Positions 19,301 through 31,300 of a stretch of 33,404 bases of DNA are shown here, in pieces (the stretch's first letter is position 1; each line of letters opens with the position of its first letter). Source of the DNA: Klebsormidium nitens (taxonomy: Eukaryota > Plantae > Klebsormidiophyceae); contig DF237729.1 of NCBI GenBank assembly GCA_000708835.1, forward strand, positions 1-33,404. Direction: 5' to 3'. Both the position numbers and the translations under genes were made by a program. Below the pieces are notes generated by a model. That model was given only the letters and a program-made list of their open reading frames with translations. It was not told the DNA's origin and searched no databases.

Positions 19301-22300
19301 TCTGGACGCGCGGTCTCTTCCGCTTGCTGGGAAGGATCGGCTGGAGGCTCGGTGTGGCCGGCTGCAGAAATAGCAGAAGACTTTAGATGACGATTCAGTG
19401 ATGTGTACGTTTTTACTGAAATCGGGCCTCATTCTGGAGCCATCAAAGATCCTGGCCGTGAACGCATCAGACGGACAATTGGATGATCTATTACACTCGT
19501 AAAGGGGTGTTGACCATTTTAAAGAACTATTTGAGTTGGGTGTGGCAAGAGCAAGCCATGGCACACAGTTTCCAGTCATTGTGGACCGTGACAAAGCAGA
19601 TCAGATCCAACTGGACTTCTCGCATTGCCAGACTCAATTCAAATTAACAGTCATTATAACAGCGAACAACCCTGAGGCCCTACTTAGGCAACAGCCCTTT
19701 CCTGTGGCAATCGAGTTCTCAGAAAAGTGTCGCACCTGGTGCTCCGTGCTCTCTTTCCCCTGCGTGAACATCCTCGTTACCATCTCGGCTCCCGATCTCA
19801 ACGTCCAAGCTCCTCAGGCTCTCGCCCATGTTACTCCCCCCATCGCTGGCGTCCGGCGCATCTCGTCCCTGTCCCCCTTCGCCCATCTGGACGTCCCCGT
19901 GCTCCTCAGCGGGGGGATCCCCCTGCTCTGCCGGTTCTCCCGTCGACGCGCCCGGTTGATCGTCCAGGGCGCCCATCCCCTCATCGGGGGGCGCAACGGG
20001 GGCTGCCCTAGCGGCCGGCTCCTGCTCCACAGCCATTTCCGACGTCGCCTCCGCCGCAGGGGGTTCGTTCGCCCTGTCTGCGGAGCCCCCTGCAGGAGCG
20101 CCTTCTTGTCCAGACTCTTCCATGGCCTGCGGTTCGTCGGGCTTGGGCTCTTCTGGTTGGGATGTAGGCACGGCCGGGGCGGGCCGCTCGGGTTCCGGTG
20201 GCGGAGGCTCGGGAACGGTCAGCTGGCTGACGAAGTCGCCTTCGACCAGCTCAGCAATGGTGGCGTTGAGGCCGCCACCCTGCAGGAGTAGAGAGTAGAA
20301 TATGATGGGCAGAATTAAGTGCACCAGATTGTGAGCTTTAAGTGCAAAAGAGCCCTGTAGCTCGTGCCTTTGTTCAGCGACATTGTGGTGATATTCACGA
20401 GACAATCGCATGCACAACCGCTCAAAGCCTCAGATAAGCAAATTGGAACTCCTAAAAGACAGCGACTGAGGATCAAACAGTCCCAACAAGCAAGTTTACA
20501 AAGACAACAGCAGAGGCGAAGAAGGTATCACGAAAGTCGAGGACATCAAGATCCAGTGCTTTCCGACCCACCTAAGCCTTGGTTGCAGAGATCTCAAAAT
20601 AACGCAACAGAATCTCAGCAGAACGCCCCACCTGCATCTGGCTGTCCTCCGCCCAGCTGGCCATCCGATCCGTGCGCACCCCTCGGCGCGCACCTCCCGA
20701 CGCCATACCCTCTCCGAAGTCCACAAAGCCGCCCGCGCCACCTCCGGCCGGCCAGCCGTCGACCCCCGAGTTCGCCATCAGAGCCGCATCGACGGCCAAG
20801 AGGCGCGCATACTCCGGGTCTCCGGCGCCGGACGGTCCCACGATGACGTGGTGGCTTGCCACGTTGCGCCAGGTGGACGTGGCCATGGGCGGCGTGGGGT
20901 TGGCGGCAGTGGGGCCGCGGGAGAGGAGGGGGTGCTGCTGCGGGCCGATACGGGCTTCAGCGCGGGCAGAGCGCTCGGGATAAGGCCTGCACAAGTGACG
21001 TCAGAGTCAGCTTCGGTCTTGAGGAACTCGGAAGAGGCAGGTTGCTGAAGAGATGTTGTACTTGAAGTAATTGAACGATCGGAGCACTGAGGAGGCAAAG
21101 AGGTTGAGAAAAGAAAGCCCGTTGCGCCAGGTGCTCCGAGCCCTTTAGGACGGGGGCTAATAGACTAGCAAGACATATGCTGAAGGTGCCTTGGCCGGGA
21201 CAAACGAAAGTGACGGAAACTGGACGTATGATGAACTCGATGTAAACAAGCAGAGACTCAAGAGACTCAACCTCAACCTCTGCTTTTGATGCACTTCATA
21301 CATAACACTTACCTGTAAGTGATTGCCCGGTTGCCCCGTCCCTCCACCTGCCGCCTCAGCCCCGCAAACAGGTTCCCAACGGACGCCATCGCGCCGCCCC
21401 CCCGCGCCATGTCCAGCAGATGCATCTGGTGGCCGTGGGCGACCACTTGCTGCCCGCCCGTGTGGCGAGGGCCGCCTCCCCAGTGCACTTCCGTGATGTG
21501 GTCGTCGTGCCACTCGTCGTGATCTTCGTCTTCTTCTTCATCTTCGTCCATCATATCCATTTCTTCGTCCTCGTCGGCGTCGTGCACCGCGGGCGGCGGG
21601 TGCGCGAGCGCGTAGCGAACGCCGTCGTCCTCGTCCTCGTCTTCTTCCTCTTCTTCCTCTTCGTCCTGACGGGAGAAGCATACGAGGGGTCAGCGGGTGT
21701 AAATGAGACCTCGTTGGCGCTTCTCAGGGAGCACTCAAAAGGAAGAGCCGAACCAAAGGCCCTGTCACAGAACTGGTGGGTTTTATCATCATGAAGAAGA
21801 GGCCGCCTCCTGACGTATCTGAAAAGGTTCAACAAGAACATGATGGTGCAGAGGGTTTTGACTTCCACCTTCGTCCCAATATCCCGCTAAGGACGGCTGT
21901 TCAGAGTGAAATAGTCTTTGACCAAGGAACCTCCGTCAACGAAGTAGGTAACAGATGAGGGAAAACCAGGGAGGAGACTTGACTGTGACGAAGCAACTGC
22001 ATCTACAATCAATTAAGGATGCTCAGACATTCGCAAGTCCTTAGCACGCCAAGTCCAAAAAACATCCTAAGCTTACCCCTTCTTCGTCCGTAAGCGGCCC
22101 AGGATCCCCCTCCAAGTGCTCGTCCCCGTCCTGATCGTCCTCCTCGCCATCATCCGGCTCCCCGTCATTGTCGTCATCATTGTCGTCATCATCCCCCTCA
22201 TCATCATCGTCCTCATCCGGTTCGGACGGTTCCTCGTCGTCGGACGGCCCCTCGTCCTCGTGTCCGAATGGCACCGGGCCCCCGAAACCGGCCATCATGC

Positions 22301-25300
22301 GCATGGGTCCCGGGTGTTCTTCGTCGTCATCGGAGGCCTCGTCTTCCTCGGCGTCGCGAATGTCCTCGACCATGCGGTTGATGTCCTCGGTAATCTCTCG
22401 GAAGCGGTCGCGCTCTGCCATGCGGTTGACAGCCATGCGCTGCAAGGCAGAGAGCGATTATTAGAGACTTTGCTCAAGTCACAACGCGACTGACTGCTTG
22501 GACAATATCACAATCCTTTGTACAACAATTGGTGCCCACGTCGGAATGCGCTGACTGCTTAAACAGGATCATAGAACATGCTACGACAACCGAATGCTCT
22601 GCAACTTTCAGTCGAACGTGAGCTTGATCACCAGAAAACGCGTAGTCCTACCTTCGAAGGAGATTGACGGAAAGGGGAGAAGGAATCTGTCCAACTCGCA
22701 AACTGCATAAGCTTTGCAACAAGAGGCAAACGATAAGCCTACCGACAAGCGACGTCGGTTGAGACTTTTTGGGGAAGATGGATCTACCTGCAGGTGCCGA
22801 TTCAGCCGGTCATGGTCCATCCGGTCCTGTTCTTCGTCGTGGGGGGGTCGCTCTTCCTCCGCCGCAGGCTGGCTCCCAGTCGGAGCGCCTCCCACCTCTG
22901 CCCCCTGGGCTGGTCTCCCTTCACCTGCCCCAGTTTCACCGCCCGCAGTCGCTGGGGGTGCCTCGCCTTGGCTTCCGACGACCTCCGTCCGAGCGCTCGT
23001 GTCCCCGCGCACGTGCCCCAGGCGAGAAGCCGGTGCATGCGCAGCGATGCTCGGACTAACACGTGTCAGCGCCTCCAGGGCTTTCAGGATCTTGCTCACC
23101 AGCGTTGGGGCGCGGGGGTGGTCCAGATCCACGTTGGTTAGCACATGGGTTAGCGACTGGACCATCCCGGCCTCAACCGTCGTCTTCAGAGTCTCCGCCG
23201 AGAAGGACGGCCCAGCGGCGCTCGCGGTTGGGCCTGCTGACAGCAGGTTAAGCGCTAACCCGATCAGGGTGTCCACTTTCCCTTCCTCGGGAACCGCTTC
23301 CCCGGTTGCCGGCGCCGCCCCTCTGTCGGGAATAGAAAGGAGCGCCTTGGCCATGTCAGTGACCAGCCGTTTCCGCCCCTCGCTGGACCGCAGGCAGATC
23401 GCGTTCAGGAAACTAGACGCGGTTGGCGGGATGGCTTTCAGCAGGTCCCAGCTGTCGAGGGCTGCCCGGGCCTCCGCCCCAAGCGCACGGTAGGTCACGA
23501 GCTGATGCAGGATGTGGTGCAGCAGGCCCCCGGTTCCCTTCCCCTGGGCGCTCTCCCAGTCGCGGCGCAGCACCACCGAAAGGCACGACGAGTAGAGCAG
23601 GCAGAACTCGGTCAGGAGGCGCAGCACAAAAAGCACCCGCGCCGCCTCCGCCCTCTGTGCCGCGCTCAAGCCCACCTCTTCGTCCTTCTCTTTCCCCGCG
23701 GCAGTTTCTTCGACTTTCGCCTTGCCCTTGTCGTCGACGTCGACGTCCATCGGGCTTGCCTCGTCAGCCCCGGCGGTCTTCTTAGGAGCGCTCTTCTCCA
23801 GGCTCTGAGGGGGGCTGTAACGCTGAACGACCTCCAGCAGCTGGTTAATGACTGCGGTGAAGCTGTGGGAGATTTTCTTGCCCGGGTGGGAGCCCCGAGG
23901 GGCCTTTGAAGGAGTGGCTTTGGGGGCGGCGTCAGAAGCCCCGGGCTCCTCGGGCTTGGTGCTGGAGGCGTCCTTCTTCTCGTCCTTCGCTTTGGGCTCA
24001 CCCTGCAGAGGAGGTTGCGATTCAAAAGGTACTCGGACCAGAGCCGTGGTCGTGTGAGTCGATCTCGACGTTAGGAACAGGCATCGATGTTCTCGAATCG
24101 AAGCTCAAACAGGAACTGTCCAGAAGCTTTATAAAATAAGGAGAGCCAGAGGAGCAGCAGAACTTGTCTCTTCTTGTTCACTTATCCGGCTTTTCAGGCT
24201 CCAGAATTGGACCATTTTGTCAGCATCTCGGTGACAGATCTTGAAGGTGCAACACCGTCTTTGCTGGGTAACCTTCAATCAAAAGTACTGTACACATTAA
24301 ACCCAACCTTTATCGTCGCGCAGGCCTAACGAATCTTTTCTGTGCTGCGCTCAAGCGATGCTGCCAATTGCAAGAGAAGGATTATAGACCTGGTCCAGCA
24401 CGTTCTGATGGAAATACGAATTCAGAAGGATGATTGCTTGGCTTCAAAGCTCCAAAGCGAGCAGCGAGCGGCCCAAGACACAGTTTCTGAGGGTGGTCAA
24501 ATGCAATCCCCACCTTGTCCGTCTTCTCCTTGGTCTCCTTCAGCACGATCGTCTGCCGCCCATTCACCTTCTCCACCTGGCACACCGCGGCCGCCGCCAC
24601 CATAAACACGCTGGGCTCGCGGCAGATCACGGGCGCCATTGTCGTCAGGAACATGCGCGGGCTGAGCGTTCCCATCTGGCGCGCGAGCGTCGTCACGAGC
24701 GCCTGCTTGATCTCCGCTTCCATCGCCTGCTGCAGCGTGTGCGGGTCCTCGAGAACGTGCCGGATGATGGACGCGACCAGCGGCTCGAAGCGCGGGTTCA
24801 TGTAGACCTCGGGGCGGGCGAGGACGGCCGAGAGCGCGCCAGAGTCGAGGAACTGCGCCATGGAGATGCAAAGTTTTAGAAGTCAATGGCAGGTTCTCTT
24901 GAAGCGACGAGGAGCACAGAGTGCGTCCACTTCGATGATGTTCAAAAAGTTCCCGCTGCCTTTCGAGCAAGTCTGATTCCAACAGCAGAACGCAAGACTC
25001 TCAAAGCCCTCTCCCTAAGACAACGGCAACTACTCATTTAGGCAGATGGCAATTCCCGACGGAGGTTGACAGACTTGCAACTGCCTTCGGTCTCATGGCC
25101 GACAATCCAAGACAAGCGGAGCAGAATCCCTTAACGGCCTCAACTGTGCGGGACCACGACGCTGAATCGATGGAAAACGAGTCACGAACATATGAAAGAG
25201 CAACGACCTACTGTACGACGAGCTTGAAGCCCAAAATCCGAAAAGGATGGAGCGAACCGCTGAACGGCCTTAACACTATGCAGTTCAGGCCCAGAAACTT

Positions 25301-28300
25301 TGGCATCCAGAAACTTTTAATCGAGGCGGAACAAAAAAAACAAACAAAGACAACTACGACGACCCACCTGCACCGCCAGCTTGTGGCTCTTGCTCAGGTG
25401 GGACGTCAGCTGGAGCACCGCTTGCGCCGCATCCAGCGGCAGCTGCTTCTGCAGCAGAGCGCAGCAGATCGTCATCGCCTGCGCCTGCTGCTTGCCCGAG
25501 AGCAGCCCGCCCGCATTGCACAGTGCGCTCAGCATGGTGCTCTCCTTCGTCTTCTCTTCCTTCTTCTCCTGAGCCGTTTCGGCTGCCCCCGTGGCCGGGT
25601 TCGGGGTTTGATTAGCGGCTTGGGTTGGGTTGGCGTTCTGAGCTGGGGGAACTCCTCGGACTGCATTCAACCCCACGTCTAGCTCCTCCCCCAGCTGCAT
25701 CTTGTTGGTCGAGAACCCGTCCAGCACCAGAAAAAGCGCGTCCACCCAGGGGGGGTGCACCGCCTGCTTGGGCGCCTCCCCTGCCGCCGCCGTGGTGAAT
25801 ACATCCGCGTCCTTAACCCGCTCCACAAACCCGGCCAGAAGCTCCAGCACGATGTCGACCAGCCCCGCCTGCGCCGCGTGCACGCGCGTGTTGCTCTCCT
25901 CGTGCATCACGAGGGCCAACACGTGGGCGACCGTCGACAGGCTCCCCTCGTCCCCGCTCTCCTTCGCCACCTTCAGTTGCTCCACCAAGTACGCAACAAC
26001 CTCCTTCCGGTCTTGGCCCTCCTTCCGGTTGCACAGGCAGACCAACAGGTCAGTCATCGAGAACGCGACTTCCCCCGCTTGCACCAACAAGTGCACAGCC
26101 ATTGACAGCGTATCCTTGACCGCGGGCACCTCCAATGGGGGCTCTTCTTCCGGCTTCTCCGGCACCCCCGCGTCCGTGACGTCCGTATCGATCCCCCCCA
26201 TCGACAGCGCCAGCGCGCGAGCCAGCTCGTCTTCGTCGCTGCCTCCCGCCGCTGTCGCCGTCGACGCCGCAGGGGGTTCTTCCGGGTGGCTGAAGAGCCA
26301 CTCCAAGGCGACCTCCACGTCGTTCGTCCGCACATGCCGTAGTGCGTCCTCCGCGCGCTGGCGCGAGAAGCCCATCTCGACGATCATGTTGATCGCGTCT
26401 TCGTCGAGTGGCAACGCCGCCGGCCGCGGCGCAGGGATCGCAGGCACGCCCCCTGCGCTGATCTTCTGCCCCTTCTTGTCGCCGACCCCGCTATATATCT
26501 GGGTCATAATCGTGAAGATGCTCTCAATGAAGGGGGCGGGGCTCTTGGCAAACAACGGATGGCCCCAGATCGGGAGCACCACGTCTAACACGTCTTGCTG
26601 CAGCCCCAGCACGAAGCTCTCTGCATCTTTCGCGGCCGGTTTCACGGCCCCCTGGACTGGCTGGACCATGAGCTGCAAGCTGGAGGTCGGAGCTAGCAGC
26701 AGCTGCGCATTTACTATCTGCTCCACGAACCGGGTCAGGCTCAGCAGCAAGTCAAACAGCCCGTGCGAGAGTTCCCCCGCCGCCGCGCCCTTGTCCCCCT
26801 GCTCGCCCGCTTTCGCGAGCTGCGCCCACAGCAGCTGCGCGCTCGCCTCAAATGTCAGCAGCACCTCCTGGATCGCACCAAGTGCGTCCAGCCCGCCCAG
26901 AATCGCCGTGTTGCACGTCCTCCGCCGGACGTCCACAACGGTCGCCAGCAGATCGTCCGCGATCCGGCTCACGAACGCGCACTTCACCGCCAGGGGGGCG
27001 TCTTTCGCCTGGGCTGACAGGCTGAAGGCGCTCTTGGCAGACTCAGCCAGCCAGGCAATGTACTTCTTGGCCTGCGAGTTGAGTGTCGTCACGTCCTGGC
27101 CGCGGCGCGAAGACTGCACGATCGACTTGCCGAGAGCGACGTACATACCACGCCCAGCGGTAGCAAGACGGCCCACGACTTCGTACATTGCCTTCTCTGC
27201 CTTCTCAGCGGCCTTGGCGGCTTGGGCAGCGTTGGGCGTGGCGGAGTTGTCGCCTGTGTCGCTCGCCATGGGTGTCTGTGGAGGAGGGGAAAGAGCTGTG
27301 AGCTTAATAATGAAGATGCAAAGCAGTGTAAGCAATCTGACCAAAAGGCTATGGCTACAAGCAGATGAGTTTTCTCAAAACTCCAAGCACGGAGATTACT
27401 CTCTTCTGCAGGACTTGGCTTCGAGACGGCCAAGACGCAAGATGCAAAAGCTACGAGCTTCAGATGCAACCCGAATGAAAAGTCTGACCCAGCACATTAT
27501 ACTCATCGTGCTGCCCTACAGCTTTCGCAGCACGACTTCAATCTTTCCTAGCTTGAAAAATCAAGCAGACCAAGTCCAATCGGGCACGGTAACCTCACAA
27601 GCTCTCCCACTTGTGCCACTTGATTCCTGAGCGAGAGAGTCCTGGCAATAAGTCGGAACAATCTGACACCCGACCAGGCCCCAGCAGAGGCCCGACAAGC
27701 AGCTCACCTCCGGATCGTCCTGCGCCGCAAGTGCGTCGTCCAAGTCCGCCAGCGCCTGCTCCGGGTCGTCCACCGCATGGTCCACCGCCTCCATCGCCCC
27801 GTTCTCTGCAGCCGCACGGGCCCTCCCCCGGATCAACCGAGCCCTGGCACTCCGGCCCGGGATCCACCTCACGTCCGTGATCCCCAACCGGTTCCCGTAC
27901 TGGTCCACGTACTCCTGGACCATGCTCGAGTCCTCCTGGGCCGGGGGCGTGACCTCCTTGGCGTTCTGCCCCGCCCGGCGGGACTCGTCGAGCAGGAACG
28001 CCCCCTGCCAGACCGCCTCCTTGTACAGCACGTCCAGGTCTTTGAGCACGTCCGCGGCGCCGCCGCACATCTCCCCCATCACGCCCGGGAAGCTGCGCAC
28101 CATGCTGCTCGCGAGCGAGAGCAGGCACTCGGCGCTTGCCCAGTGCCGGACGACCTCCGCGCGGACGTCCTTGTCCAGGTCGGACAGCTTCTTCCCCGCG
28201 AGCTGCTTCTGGGTGGCCGCCGCGCCGCGCTTGAGCTGCTCGCGGAGCACCGAGACGACCGCGCGCACAAGCGAGTGCGACTGCTGCGGCGCGAACGCGC

Positions 28301-31300
28301 GGAAGGCGACCGTCATGCTGTGCGCGGCGCCCGACTGCGCGCCAAACGTGACCGGCATCTGCGGGAGTGTGTACAGCTCCAGCAGTGCCTCGACGCCCCT
28401 CTTCTCGATGAACGCGCGGCATGTCTCCTGGTTCGACAGGACCGTCTCCAGCATGCGCATCACGTTCGTGATGCAGTCCGGCAGAAACTTCTCCAGTTCG
28501 GCATCCGACAGCTCCCCAATCAGCTCCTTATCCTCCACCAAAATCTCCCCAACCACCGCAGGTGGCGCCTCCGGCACCGGGGGAGGCGCCTCGCTGTCGC
28601 CCGTATCCATCGGCTCAGGCCCGTCCCCACTCTCCGTCATCTCAGCGACCGCGGGCTCCACGCTCTCCTGCCCCCGGGTTGCTTCAGGCGCCGGCTCCGC
28701 AGTTGTCCTGGCCAGCAAAGCTGCCGCCGCTCTCTCCGCCTTCACCGTGCCCCTCAGCTGCTCCAGGGCGGTTTTGGAGCCCCCCATCGCGCCGACCTTC
28801 CTGAGCAGTTTGAGCACCACGGCCACGCCGTCCTGCCGCAGGGTAGGCACGTGGCGCATCAGCTCGTCGAGCCCCGCCCCGAGAACCGTCGGCGTCTCCC
28901 CCTGCATCGCCCGGGTGTACTGCGGGGACGTCATGATTGGGACTAGGCAGTTGAGCACCTTGCGCTGCTTGACCAGCTCCAGCCCCGCGGCGTTGAGGCA
29001 GATCGCGACGAGCGCGCTTGGGACGGTCATCAGGCAATCCGCCGTGGGGAGGATCCCCTTCTCAAGCACGTCCAGGAAGGCGTGCGGCACGCGGGCAGCG
29101 TGGAGGGCCGGGTAGCACATCGGGTCGTGGTTGATGAGCTCCGCGAGGATGGTCGAGCCGAGGGCGAAGATCTCGGGCCCGAAGAGCGCGGCCTTGTCGT
29201 AGACCGTCTGGAGGACGTACGGCAGGCGGCTCTCCTCGAGGTTCTGCACACGCGCGGTGCCCTGCTGGTTGGAGTAGTTGGCGAGGGCGACCATGCGCAT
29301 GAGCGACTTGATGAGCTGGCGCAGGGGGTAGCGGGGCACGACAGGGTCCTGTTGGGAGGAAAATCCCACGACTTAGATATTCGGACGGTACAAGCCTCTG
29401 CTTACAGGCGATTGGGATCCGGGTCAGAGGATTCAGCAGGAATGATGTGAGCGTGGGGACATAGATATGAGTTTGCAGCCTATCGCCAGGCTTCAACCAG
29501 CTGCTCTACAAGTCCACTTTCTCAAACAACGGCAACCTCTGCTTTTGAAAGTTGTTGAAAGCACATAAACACTCTTTTGAACCTCTGCTGGGTATGAGCA
29601 GGCACAAGCACGAATGGCAGCAGGCCGGAGAGATACCCGAGACTGAGACTTCCCAGTCTGACATTGAGATGGACGAGCGTCTTGTGATCGATGGTCCAAG
29701 TTTACAACCACATTGACTGTCCAAAGCAGATCAAAAACCCTGGGTTTCTATAGCAATCTAACCCACCCTCCAAGTGGTTGACAAGAAGATGATGACCCAA
29801 AACTGAGTGGAGCATTCAAGGCCTTCCAAATTCAGTAGTGTCTTGAACATGTGCACCCCTCAAGATGCAATAAGAAGACCATAATGAAATAGAGTACAGC
29901 ATTCAGGGTACTATATTTGCAACTTCTTCCAGGTTTATGAGAAACTTGAACAAAACCACCATCAAGAAGTGGCAGGACCGAGAAAACTTGAAAGGCGCAA
30001 ACTGAAAACACAAAGAAGCAATAAAATTATCAATGCCAATCTCACCTGCGGAGCACCCTCCGCTTTCTGCACATGCAGGTCAATCTCCCGAGTCAACCTC
30101 TCTGCCGCGTCCTCTACGCCATGCAGCTCCCGAAACATGGCCGACGCGCTGTTGCTGTAATCCATGTATGCGTCCAGCACTCGCGTCGCGAGGCTGACAA
30201 TCACAATGTGCTCGGGGTCCACATCCTTGATTAGCGGGAGCAGCGTCGAGACCAGGCCCGCCTCCCGCAGTGCCGTGCAGCCCGATGTCGATGTCGCCAG
30301 GTTCGTCAACAGTGTCAACAGGGCCTCCACGAACGCTGCGTTGGCTCTTGAGTCGCCCTTCGACAGCAGGCCGACCGAACGCTGCATGACTGTCGGGAGC
30401 ACTCCTTGGTGGCCCCCCGCCGTAATGATTGCCAGGATGTTGGACTGGCGCGGCCGGTCCTGCGCCTGCGCCGTCAGTGCCTGCACCGCTAGGGTTCGGA
30501 TCTCGTCCGGCACACGGCCCTCGGCCTTGACCAGCGCCACGAGATCCGTCGCAAACTCCGGCTCGTTCGCAAAAAACGTGCTCAGCTCCTCGTAGTCCGG
30601 GCTCGACTGGACCAGGATGGTGAAGGCCAACAGGCGGATCGCCATGTAGGTCCTCCGTCCCTCCAGGCTGGCAAAGGAGCGAGCCGCTCTGATCCGGGAC
30701 AGGAGGGAGAAGCGCAGCTCGGGCGGGACTTTGTAGTGGTCCGCCAGATCCTTTAGAAGCAGGGAGTCGCTCTCGGGCCGCGTGTGCACCTCCGGCAGCC
30801 GGATGCTTTTCTGACCGGTTGCGCTCGCAATCTCATCCTTGGCCTCCGCGTAGAAATCGAAGAAGAGCGTGCTGCCAAGCTGAAGCGCCTTCTGGTCCTG
30901 GACCTCCTCTGTGATGGACGCCAGGAGCCCCAGCCCCTCTTCCTTGCCACCCCAGCCTTGGCACAGCGAGAGGAGCCGCACGTTCAGCGCGGGGTTGCTG
31001 TAGGACCGTGAGCTCCGTCCGGAGGTCATTGGCTTGCGCACGAGCGCAAGAAGCGCCTTGAGAGTGGCGATGACGACATCCGTGTCCTCGTGACCAAGCA
31101 GCAGCGTGAGGTGCTGCATGGAAAAGGTAGAATCGTGGTGTCTTTGAACTGTATCGAAGCTTGCAGCGATGATTCTTCCCGGGAGGCGATTGTTGTATCA
31201 GAAAGCAGTGCGGATCATCAGTCATAAGTGGCGTTTCTGATGTTCTCATGTCCTGGTGTTTCTGATGGAGGCTTATTAGGGAAGACAAGGGATGCCTTCG

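Noticed and set aside
25702-29115. Long plus-strand ORFs (e.g. 25702-27630, 27777-28946, 27877-29115) and similar ones across 10-31 kb
   Set aside because: These are antisense or alternate-frame shadows of GC-rich UPL1 exons. They have low-complexity Ser/Ala/Arg content and no recognisable domains.
29349-30045. Hidden micro-exon in the ~700-bp intron 4
   Set aside because: Exons 4 and 5 join in phase 0 without it, and no frame gives UPL1-like sequence. It cannot be excluded without RNA data.
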